Shown piece by piece: positions 25,558 to 33,446 of a stretch of 47,715 nucleotides of DNA (position 1 is the stretch's first letter; each line of letters begins with the position of its first letter). The position numbers and the translations under genes were made by a program. Source of the DNA: an uncultured Candidatus Saccharibacteria bacterium (GTDB lineage Bacteria > Patescibacteriota > Minisyncoccia > Phycocordibacterales > UBA2100); NCBI GenBank assembly GCA_964351105.1, contig CAYGMC010000003.1:1-47715 (forward strand). The letters run 5' to 3'. The notes beneath the pieces are model-generated. The model saw only the letters and a program-made list of their open reading frames with translations. It made no database searches and had not been told where the DNA came from.

Positions 25558-26214
25558 CTAGTCCGGGACTGAATAGTATTTACATTCGACCAAATTTCCG
25601 GCTTCGGTATAGCCGTAGTCGGTGAACGCACCCGATCCGTATCCGTCGCCCGGCAACCAGAAGTTGTTCTCCGCGAAGAGTCCGAGCTTCTGGTTCGCGA
25701 GGCGCGCCGCAGCGTCTGCGAACGGCATGTGCGAACACGCATCGCCGAAATTTCCGAGGCCGACATCGAACGCGATGTCGCGCGCCACGGCGAGGACGCC
25801 CCGGCCACACCGATCGACGAGTTCCGGCAGCAATGCGTGCTGCACCTGAGGAAGCATGTCGTAGGCCTTCGGCAGATCGTCGATAACCTTCCATTCCGGC
25901 TCGTCCTCGGGAAAGATCCCGAGCCTGCTGTCGCGAATGAGAGGCAGATTGATGGTCGGATTCAGCAGCTTGAGCGTCGGCGGCGAGCGGGTCTCGATCT
26001 GCGAAACCCGTCGCTCCTTCGGCTCGTACCCGCCCGGGAAATAGGCGTTCAGGATGCGAGCGGCGATCTTGGGCGAGTCGGGATGCAGGCCCATTTCGAG
26101 TTGCCAGACCCTGCTCTTGGGGTATTCGGGCGGCCGCTTTGCGCGCGGAAAGTGACGCCAGATGCGAGCGTAGGCAAGATCGGTACGAAGAACGATCGGG
26201 ACGACGATTGCCAT
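25558..26214 (-). CDS. Hypothetical protein, G+C-rich orphan (218 aa)
   Basis: The ATG at 26214 is preceded by a perfect AGGAGG 6 nt upstream. Local G+C is about 60-67% by hand count against about 46% in the flanking genes. Long overlapping ORFs in other frames are the usual high-GC artefact. No family recognised. Confidence 0.6.
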   Translation of the reverse strand: MAIVVPIVLRTDLAYARIWRHFPRAKRPPEYPKSRVWQLEMGLHPDSPKIAARILNAYFPGGYEPKERRVSQIETRSPPTLKLLNPTINLPLIRDSRLGIFPEDEPEWKVIDDLPKAYDMLPQVQHALLPELVDRCGRGVLAVARDIAFDVGLGNFGDACSHMPFADAAARLANQKLGLFAENNFWLPGDGYGSGAFTDYGYTEAGNLVECKYYSVPD

Positions 26215-26402
26215 TTTGACCTCCTGGTCTGTTTGGCGTTGCATTACTCCGCAGGCGACCCTTGCGAAGCTTCTCGGCCACTATCTCTATTGACCGTGGG
26301 AGATTGTAGTTGAATAATTTGTAAATGTCAATGATTTTGGACTGAAAATGACCATTTTTATACGTATATTTTGAGATTTCTGGAGCCGTGTTGTCAGAAT
26401 AC

Positions 26403-26430
26403 TTGACAGATGGTGAATTATGGCTATACT
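26403..26430 (+). promoter_or_regulatory. Candidate promoter TTGACA-16 nt-TATACT overlapping the first ATG of the TrmB-like ORF
   Basis: -35 at 26403-26408 and -10 at 26425-26430. If used, transcription would start about at the second ATG (26438), giving a leaderless mRNA. It conflicts with the use of the ATG at 26420, which has a weak GGTG SD. Confidence 0.35.
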
Positions 26431-27187
26431 TCTGCACATGAACCCTTCAGACATACTCAAACAGCTCGGGCTAGGAGATAAGGAGATAGCGGTGTACATG
26501 GGACTCCTTGAACTTGGAGAGGCTTCTGTACTCACAATCTCAAAGAAAGCCGGCATAAAGAGACCTACTACATATTTGATACTCGATGAACTCAAGTCGC
26601 GCGGCCTCGTGTCGAGTACGATAAAGGGCAAAAAAACGCTGTTCTCGGCGCAACATCCGCAAAAAATTCTCGCGGAAGCAGAATTGCGCGTCAAGCAACT
26701 GCAAGATGTCATTCCCCAATTCGAGGCAATGATGCATCGCTCCGACGATCGCCCGCGCGTCAAAATATACGAGGGCAAAGAGGCTCTTGATCGCGCGTAC
26801 GACGACTCTTTCATTGTAAAAGGCGAGATACTCTTTATGAGCAATATGGACATCTTGCAGGATGTCTTTGCGCGTACCTTACAAAAATTCGATTACTCGA
26901 CTCTCTCGCCCGAATTTAGTTCAAGAGAAATAATTGTTGACACTGAAGGTGCGAGAAAATACGCATCGAGGGTCGCTGGTCCGTATCGCAAAGTCCGATT
27001 CATGCCCAAAGAATTTTCACCATTTTCAACCGACATCGGAATCTTTGGCAACAACGCTATCATAACCAACGTCAAACAAGAATTCTTTAGCGTACGGATC
27101 GAGAGCAAAGAAATCGCCGATGCTTTCCGCGCGATGTTTGAGGCGATGTGGCAAATGTCAACAGACCCTACCGAAAAGACACCGTAA
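26420..27187 (+). CDS. TrmB-family transcriptional regulator
   Basis: ILKQLGLGDKEIAVYMGLLELGEASVLTISKKAGIKRPTTYLILDELKSRGLVS is the TrmB N-terminal wHTH pattern, followed by a C-terminal effector-like domain. The start is either 26420 or 26438. Confidence 0.75.
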   Translation: MAILLHMNPSDILKQLGLGDKEIAVYMGLLELGEASVLTISKKAGIKRPTTYLILDELKSRGLVSSTIKGKKTLFSAQHPQKILAEAELRVKQLQDVIPQFEAMMHRSDDRPRVKIYEGKEALDRAYDDSFIVKGEILFMSNMDILQDVFARTLQKFDYSTLSPEFSSREIIVDTEGARKYASRVAGPYRKVRFMPKEFSPFSTDIGIFGNNAIITNVKQEFFSVRIESKEIADAFRAMFEAMWQMSTDPTEKTP

Positions 27188-27193
27188 CTCCCC

Positions 27194-27231
27194 TATTGTT
27201 TAATTTGGCCGACCGTCCAAGATAAACAATA
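27194..27231. repeat. 38-nt imperfect palindrome TATTGTTTA-N20-TAAACAATA
   Basis: TATTGTTTAATTTGGCCGACCGTCCAAGATAAACAATA. It overlaps the region just upstream of a TATACT -10 box (27235-27240) and the ATG at 27249. Confidence 0.7.
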
Positions 27232-27248
27232 AGGTATACTGCGTACGT

Positions 27249-27833
27249 ATGGGAACGATGGAGCAGGCATCGAAGAAACGAACGCGGCGCGGAAATGTAG
27301 AGCGAGCGATTCTCTCGGGGCTCGCCGTTGCTGGTATTGGTCTGGTTGCTATGGCCGCCCCCAACACACTTCAGCTCTTGAAATACGCGGACCCAGACTG
27401 GATCATCAAGCGAGACCCGAAGCAGCGCGTCCGTGAAGCCACGTATAGACTCAAGAAAAAGAAACTTGTCGAATTTGTGAGCGAGAACGGGCACGTACGG
27501 CTCCGCATTACCGACAAGGGGAAGGCGCACCTGCAATCCCTATCCTTCGGCCCGTTACGTAAGCCAAGGCGATGGGATGGAAAATGGCGTCTTGTGATAT
27601 TTGATATTCCGGAAAAGAAACGTGGGCTTCGCAACCGAGCGCGTAGTATTGTTGTGGGTTTTGGTTTTATAAAATTACAACATAGCGTTTGGGCGTACCC
27701 CTACGATTGCGAAGAAGCAATCGCGCTCCTTAAGGCGCATTTGCATATTGGCAGAGATTTGCTCTACATAATCGCAGATGCGATCGAATACGACGCGCCG
27801 CTTCGCAAGGAATTCGGCCTCCGCCGCGAATGA
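27249..27833 (+). CDS. PaaX-like regulator with wHTH and Cas2-fold domain, N-terminal TM segment
   Basis: WDGKWRLVIFDIPEKKRGLRNRARSIVVGFGFIKLQHSVWAYPY is the PaaX/Cas2-like beta-alpha-beta motif. It is preceded by a wHTH-like ATYRLKKKKLVEFVSENGHVRLRITDKG and a hydrophobic N-terminal segment. Confidence 0.65.
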   Translation: MGTMEQASKKRTRRGNVERAILSGLAVAGIGLVAMAAPNTLQLLKYADPDWIIKRDPKQRVREATYRLKKKKLVEFVSENGHVRLRITDKGKAHLQSLSFGPLRKPRRWDGKWRLVIFDIPEKKRGLRNRARSIVVGFGFIKLQHSVWAYPYDCEEAIALLKAHLHIGRDLLYIIADAIEYDAPLRKEFGLRRE

Positions 27834-27838
27834 GGGTG

Positions 27839-27876
27839 TATTGTTTAATTATGACGGCCGTCATAATTAAACAATA
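27839..27876. repeat. 38-nt perfect palindrome TATTGTTTAATTATGACGG/CCGTCATAATTAAACAATA
   Basis: 19+19 nt perfect inverted repeat 5 nt after the stop of the PaaX-like gene. It has the same outer arms as the 27194 palindrome and could also serve as a bidirectional terminator. Confidence 0.75.
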
Positions 27877-27944
27877 ACAGGGTAAGGGCAAACAAGGGTG
27901 CGGGGAGTTGGATATTTTTTATATTTACTGCACGTAGAAACGAA

Positions 27945-28781
27945 TCAGATGCCGAACACGCGTTTTGCGTTGGCGAAGATTTGCTCACGGACTTTTTCGG
28001 GGTCTTCGCCACGAATGGCGGCGATTTTGTCTACTATGAGTGGAACGTGGGCGGATTCGTTGCGTTTGCCGCGATGCGGCACAGGGGTGATGTAGGGAGC
28101 GTCGGTTTCCGAAAGGAGCATGTCGAGCGGTGTATTTTTGATTACCTCATCGTAGTCATGTGTAAAGGTAAGGACTCCGGTAAAAGAAAGGGTGAACCCG
28201 AAATCGAGGAATTTCTTGGCCACAGCCCAATCCCCCGCAAAGAAGTGTACGTCCCCTTTCACCTTGGCGTGTGCCTTTAAAATTTCCAACGCATCATCGT
28301 ATGCATTCTTGCCCGCCATAGCCTCGGCGGAGGGGCGAATGTGCAACATCAGCGACTTCCCGAGCTTGTTCGCAAGCTCGATCTGCTGGATAAATACCTC
28401 TTTCTGAATCTCTTTCGTTTTTTCTTCGAGCCGAAAGTAATCGAGCCCGCATTCACCTATCGCAATCATGCGTTTGGATGCGCCGAGATTTTCGTATGCG
28501 GCGAAGTCGAAGACTTCGCCGCGTGAAGTAAATTCTTTTCCCCCTTCTCCGAGCTCCTTTTCATCGTGATACGACTTGCTGGTATGTATCGGATGCAATC
28601 CGATGGTCGCATACACATGCTTATATTTCTCGGCAAGTTCCACGGCCGCGCGCGAAGTATCGAGCTGTGTCCCCACCACATTCATAATCACCTCCGCCTC
28701 TTTCGCACGCGCAATTGACTCCTCACGATCACTTTCGTAGGCCACAAATTGCACGTGCGTATGTGCGTCGAAGTATTTCAT
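27945..28781 (-). CDS. tatD: TatD-family metal-dependent hydrolase/DNase
   Basis: The MKYFDAHTHVQF start (HxH motif), GLHP, ECGLDY, LHIR, HFF(A)G and ETDAPY motifs are all present. Confidence 0.9.
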   Translation of the reverse strand: MKYFDAHTHVQFVAYESDREESIARAKEAEVIMNVVGTQLDTSRAAVELAEKYKHVYATIGLHPIHTSKSYHDEKELGEGGKEFTSRGEVFDFAAYENLGASKRMIAIGECGLDYFRLEEKTKEIQKEVFIQQIELANKLGKSLMLHIRPSAEAMAGKNAYDDALEILKAHAKVKGDVHFFAGDWAVAKKFLDFGFTLSFTGVLTFTHDYDEVIKNTPLDMLLSETDAPYITPVPHRGKRNESAHVPLIVDKIAAIRGEDPEKVREQIFANAKRVFGI

Positions 28782-29650
28782 ACGGCGAGTAGCGCGATTG
28801 CAAGAAACGATACCACGACTGCGATGAATTTCCGCATGTTGATGTGGTCACGATACCACCAGACCGAGAGAATAATGGGGATGAGAATGTAGTGCGCGTG
28901 AATAACGTATACGAGACTGGCGAGACCCATGCTGAGGGCTTTGAGCATGGTATACGCCGAGAAGAAAGCAATTGCGCCTGCGATTATTCCAAGCTGTAGA
29001 TCTCTTTTTCCAATGGATGCAATCCGTACACGACTGGAGCCTGTTTGTCTGAAAAAGATAACGGCCGAGGAGACTGTTGCGGCAACCTGAGCATATACCA
29101 AAAGCAGGAGAACAGAGGGATCGTATACGGTTCCTTGTTTCATCAAAAGTGCTGATATCGCTGTGAGAACCGTCGAAACGACAACGAACAGGAGACCTTG
29201 ACGAAGATTATTCTGACGATGATGTTCTGCGGACGTAATCAAAAGAAGGGGCACCGATAAGCTGACGGCGATGCCAATGTATTGTATGACCTTCAAAGAT
29301 TCTTCGAACAGAAAAACACCACCGATGACGACGAGAAGTGGGCCCAACATCTTGTTGATCGGAAAATATATAACACTATCGACATACTTGAGTGCTTCAA
29401 TACGAATGAAATTACCGGACGCGTGGAATATTCCTCCGGCAAGCCCAAAGAGACTCGCCATAAACCACCCTCCCGGGAGTTCTCCCTGTAGAAGCAAGAC
29501 GGAAAATGCGACGACGGCCGAAATCCCATACATCATAAACCCGTTGAACGCGGAATTGCGCTTTTCTTCCGCGACAACTTTCTGGAAGAACAATTGGAAA
29601 CCGCCCAACAGAGTCGCGGCAAGCGTCCAGAAAAGCGTTACCTGATCCAT
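28778..29650 (-). CDS. DMT/EamA-like 10-TM transporter
   Basis: 290 aa with about 10 hydrophobic helices in two similar halves. Its stop overlaps the tatD start (ATGA). Confidence 0.65.
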   Translation of the reverse strand: MDQVTLFWTLAATLLGGFQLFFQKVVAEEKRNSAFNGFMMYGISAVVAFSVLLLQGELPGGWFMASLFGLAGGIFHASGNFIRIEALKYVDSVIYFPINKMLGPLLVVIGGVFLFEESLKVIQYIGIAVSLSVPLLLITSAEHHRQNNLRQGLLFVVVSTVLTAISALLMKQGTVYDPSVLLLLVYAQVAATVSSAVIFFRQTGSSRVRIASIGKRDLQLGIIAGAIAFFSAYTMLKALSMGLASLVYVIHAHYILIPIILSVWWYRDHINMRKFIAVVVSFLAIALLAV

Positions 29651-29653
29651 AAC

Positions 29654-31123
29654 CTACTCCTTGCGCGGGAAAAGATTGGCGGGTTTTTTGTTAGCAGCAA
29701 TGGCCGTGATGATTTTGCCACTTGTTTCTGGGATGATTGGCTCCAACATGAGGTCAATACTCGCGAGCTCACGAACTAGTCCTTCTATGAGCACTTTTCC
29801 TTCCTCTGGATCTGTCTTTACCACTTTAAATGGCTCGGTGTGGTTGATTTTCTGATCGAGCGCCTGAATACGACCCCATACGTAGTCAAGCGCCGCATTG
29901 AAATCATACCGACCGAGCGCATCACTAAACTCTTGCGGATACGGGACGAACTCGACTTTCACGGGCTCGGGGAGGTTTTTCTCGGCAAGCTGCATGATGC
30001 GCGCAGAGAGATTGCCGACGCCATTTGCGAGGCCAGCATTATATGCCTCTTTGAATTTCTCCATCGTTACATCGCTGTCTTCAAATGGGTGGACGTGGCG
30101 CGCGAGGAAGTAACGCAGCGCATCGACTCCGTATTCCGCGACGACTTCCTTAGGGTCAATGACGTTTCCGACTGATTTGCTCATCTTTTGCCCACCGCTC
30201 GTTATGAATCCATGGTAGACGATTTTCTTGGTCGTCGGCAATCCCCCCGACATAAGCATCGCTTGCCACATGATGGATTGGAAACGCACTTGGTCTTTGC
30301 CCGCGAGTTGGAGCGTCTCGCCATTGACCCAAAACTTCTCAAATGGATTGTCCGCCAGATTGTCTGCGGGTTTACCCTGAGCGGAGTCGAAGGGCCACCC
30401 GAGTGTAGAAATGTAATTGGTAAGCGCGTCAAACCACACGTACATCACCTGCGTATCGTCGCCGGGCACGGGTACTCCCCACGGCATTTTTTCTTTTACG
30501 CGCGAAATGCTGAAATCTTCGAGTCCCCGCTGTACGAATTGTATTGCTTCTTGCCTGCGCCATTCTGGCACGATGACACCTTCGGTGCTTAAATACGCGA
30601 GCAGTTTTTGCTCGTAGTTCTTGAGCTTGAAAAAGTAATTTTTCTCTTCGATCTCGATCACATCCATCGTCGGATGATTCGGACACTTCCCACCCACCAA
30701 ATCACTTTCTTTCATAAACGCCTCGTCGCCGACACAGTAGAGGCCTTTGTAATTTCTCAATTCTATGTCGCCTGCTTTTTCACACCTGCGCCACAGCTCT
30801 TGTGCCGCCGCTTTGTGACGTGCGTCGGTCGTGCGAACGAAGTGTACGCTCGGAGAGAGTCCGAGTGCGGGAGCGAGCTTTTGGAATTTTGCCGCGTATT
30901 CGTCTACATACGCCTGCGTATCCTTCCCTTCCTCCTGCGCCTTGCGATAAATCTTGAGGCCGTGCTCGTCGGTACCGGTATTAAAGAATACTTCGTCGCC
31001 CGAGAGCGTCCGATACCGCGCAATGATATCTGCCTGCACCATCTCAAGTGCAAAGCCGATATGCGGGTCGGCATTCACGTATGGCAATGTCGTGGTGATG
31101 TAGAACGACTTATCCATGATCAT
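29654..31123 (-). CDS. metG: Methionyl-tRNA synthetase (short form)
   Basis: FYITTTLPYVNADPHIGFALEMVQADIIARY (HIGH region) and KMSKSVGN (KMSKS). The start overlaps the upstream stop (ATGA). Confidence 0.95.
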   Translation of the reverse strand: MIMDKSFYITTTLPYVNADPHIGFALEMVQADIIARYRTLSGDEVFFNTGTDEHGLKIYRKAQEEGKDTQAYVDEYAAKFQKLAPALGLSPSVHFVRTTDARHKAAAQELWRRCEKAGDIELRNYKGLYCVGDEAFMKESDLVGGKCPNHPTMDVIEIEEKNYFFKLKNYEQKLLAYLSTEGVIVPEWRRQEAIQFVQRGLEDFSISRVKEKMPWGVPVPGDDTQVMYVWFDALTNYISTLGWPFDSAQGKPADNLADNPFEKFWVNGETLQLAGKDQVRFQSIMWQAMLMSGGLPTTKKIVYHGFITSGGQKMSKSVGNVIDPKEVVAEYGVDALRYFLARHVHPFEDSDVTMEKFKEAYNAGLANGVGNLSARIMQLAEKNLPEPVKVEFVPYPQEFSDALGRYDFNAALDYVWGRIQALDQKINHTEPFKVVKTDPEEGKVLIEGLVRELASIDLMLEPIIPETSGKIITAIAANKKPANLFPRKE

Positions 31124-32184
31124 GCATTCATCTCTTGGTATACACGTCCGCTTTCGTAATCGCGCGCAAGTTCACGAATAATGGCCGCGATTGGGACGGA
31201 GAGTATTACACCTATAAACCCTGCAAGTTCGGCTCCCACGATAAGCGAAAGAATGACAAGGATGGGCGGCACACCGACGACCCGCGTTACGACCAAGGGA
31301 TAGATCAAATGATTCTCAAACTGCTGTGCAATCACATAGAGCGCGACTGTGATGAATCCGAGTCCGGGGCCACCTGCGGCAAGAGCAATAGCAACTGCTG
31401 GTATCGCGGCAAGTACGGGACCAAATACCGGAATTATCTCAAAGCACGCGGCAATGACTGCGAGCACCAAGGCATGCGGCACGCCGATGATAGTGAGCCC
31501 AAGATACACCAAAACGCCAATGATCACGCCCAAGAGAAGCTGTCCTTGCATCCAAAGACCGATTTTGTGTTGTGAACGACGCCACAAACCGAGAACATAT
31601 TGCTGATGACCGTGAGGTGTAACGATGCGCAAAAAATCGTCGACACCCGTCTCCATAATCGCAAAGTAGAGCGAAAAAACGATTATCAATACAAACGAGA
31701 ATACACCGCCAAAGATCGTTGCGATCGCGGCGAACGTGTTGTTGAAAAGCATGGTAATGCCGAGCGTGTTGCGAAGACCGTCGATGATAGAAGCCGAGGA
31801 TATACTTGTTGCCGACGAAGGTCCACCGACCACTTCAGCGTACTGCGTAAATATTCCCGTAGTAGAAATTGCGTCTATGTATGAAGGAAGCAAGGAAATA
31901 ACAGATGCCAGATCGTTGAAAACCGAAGGGAGGAAAAAATAGAATACGCCAAAAAACGTCGAGAAAAGCGCTAGATACACAGAAACGACTGCGGCCACGC
32001 GCGGCACCTTTCGCTTCATGAGTCCTACTACAGCGGGTTCTATGGCAGAAGCAATGACAATGGCGGTCAGTACGATGAGAACGATGTCGCGCAGTATATA
32101 GATGAGCCATGCCGCGGCAATAATGAGTACAGCCTTCAGTATCGTCCCCGATGTGATAGTAATCGCTGTATCCTGATGCACCAT
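31120..32184 (-). CDS. AI-2E family (PerM/UPF0118) transporter
   Basis: 354 aa with about 8 TMs. The conserved C-terminal-half motif EIIPVFGPVLAAIPAVAIAL resembles the family signature. Confidence 0.75.
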   Translation of the reverse strand: MVHQDTAITITSGTILKAVLIIAAAWLIYILRDIVLIVLTAIVIASAIEPAVVGLMKRKVPRVAAVVSVYLALFSTFFGVFYFFLPSVFNDLASVISLLPSYIDAISTTGIFTQYAEVVGGPSSATSISSASIIDGLRNTLGITMLFNNTFAAIATIFGGVFSFVLIIVFSLYFAIMETGVDDFLRIVTPHGHQQYVLGLWRRSQHKIGLWMQGQLLLGVIIGVLVYLGLTIIGVPHALVLAVIAACFEIIPVFGPVLAAIPAVAIALAAGGPGLGFITVALYVIAQQFENHLIYPLVVTRVVGVPPILVILSLIVGAELAGFIGVILSVPIAAIIRELARDYESGRVYQEMNA

Positions 32185-32225
32185 GCGGCAATCCTAGCAC
32201 GCTCGGCCTCAGCGTAAAACGAAAG

Positions 32226-33431
32226 CTACTGAGAAAGAAATTGGAGTAGATCTGTGATACCGATACGCTCTTGCGCTCCCGTATCGCGATCGCGAACTGT
32301 AACGGTGTCATTTTCGAGTGTCTCGAAATCAATGGTGATACATGCCGGTGTGCCGATCTCATCTTGCCGTCGGTAGCGTTTGCCGATGTTGCCGTTGTCG
32401 TCCCACATGACCTGGGGAATCTGCTTTTTCAGCATTGCGTACACTTCTCGCGCCTTCGCAACGAGTTCGGGCTTGTTTTTGAGAAGTGGAAAAACCGCCG
32501 CTTTGATGGGCGCAACCGCTTTGTTGAATTTGAGATAGGTACGCATTTCTCCGCCCAGCTCATCTTCGGTATATGCGGACACCAGTATTGCAAGGAGTGC
32601 ACGGTCGACACCAAACGACGGTTCAACGACATGCGGTGTTGTAGGTGCCTCTCCCTCCGCATCAATTATTTTGAGCGCGACACCCGAAGCATTCGCATGC
32701 GCCGAAAGATCGAAATCGCCTCGGTATGCGAGTCCAAAAAGCTCTTTGCGGCCAAAGGGAAAGTCAAATTCAAAATCTATCGTGCGCTTGGAATAGTGAG
32801 CACGCTCATTTTCGGGCACTTCAAGCTCATGCATCGCATCACGCGCGATTCCCACCGCATCTGCAAATTGCCAAACGGCTTTCCTCCATTCCTCAAATCC
32901 TCCTTCCCACTCGTGGGGACGTACAAAATATTCAATTTCCATCTGCTCAAACTCGCGCGCGCGAAAAATGAAGTCGCGCGGTGCGATTTCGTTGCGAAAA
33001 GCTTTGCCGACTTGCGCTATACCAAATGGCAGTTTCGGGTGAATAGAGTCGACGACATTTTTGAAATTGACAAAAATACCACCGGCGGTTTCGGGCCGAA
33101 GATAGCTCGTGGTTGCCTCTTCGCCTGCGCCGACCGAAGTCCGAAACATAGTATTGAACTGCGTGCCGTTTTCCATCGGATCGGCAAATCCGGCGACGTG
33201 CCCACTCGCTTCCCACGCGCGAGGATTGAGAATAATCGCGGAGTCGAGTCCGCACATATCGTCGCGTTCTTGCACAAACATCCGCCACCAAAGCTGTTTG
33301 ATGTTATTTTTGAGCTCGACGCCAAGGGGGCCATAATCCCAAAACCCACTAAAGCCGCCATATATTTCACTCCCCGGGTATATAAATCCCCGGCGCTTGC
33401 AGAGCGAGATGATTTTTTCCATTTCAGGCAT
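32226..33431 (-). CDS. glyQS: Glycyl-tRNA synthetase (class II, dimeric GlyQS type)
   Basis: MEKIISLCKRRGFIYPGSEIYGGFSGFWDYGPLGVELKNNIKQLWW is diagnostic. The ATG at 33431 is preferred (the track start at 33437 is GTG; another ATG is at 33422). Confidence 0.93.
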   Translation of the reverse strand: MPEMEKIISLCKRRGFIYPGSEIYGGFSGFWDYGPLGVELKNNIKQLWWRMFVQERDDMCGLDSAIILNPRAWEASGHVAGFADPMENGTQFNTMFRTSVGAGEEATTSYLRPETAGGIFVNFKNVVDSIHPKLPFGIAQVGKAFRNEIAPRDFIFRAREFEQMEIEYFVRPHEWEGGFEEWRKAVWQFADAVGIARDAMHELEVPENERAHYSKRTIDFEFDFPFGRKELFGLAYRGDFDLSAHANASGVALKIIDAEGEAPTTPHVVEPSFGVDRALLAILVSAYTEDELGGEMRTYLKFNKAVAPIKAAVFPLLKNKPELVAKAREVYAMLKKQIPQVMWDDNGNIGKRYRRQDEIGTPACITIDFETLENDTVTVRDRDTGAQERIGITDLLQFLSQ

Positions 33432-33446
33432 GAGCACTATAGTACC

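Noticed and set aside
25580-26437. A 285-aa ORF (-) and a 194-aa ORF (+, 25729-26313) overlapping the G+C-rich orphan gene.
   Set aside because: These are typical stop-poor alternative frames of high-GC DNA, with Arg/Pro/Ala-rich translations. Only the 25558-26214 frame has a strong SD and protein-like composition.
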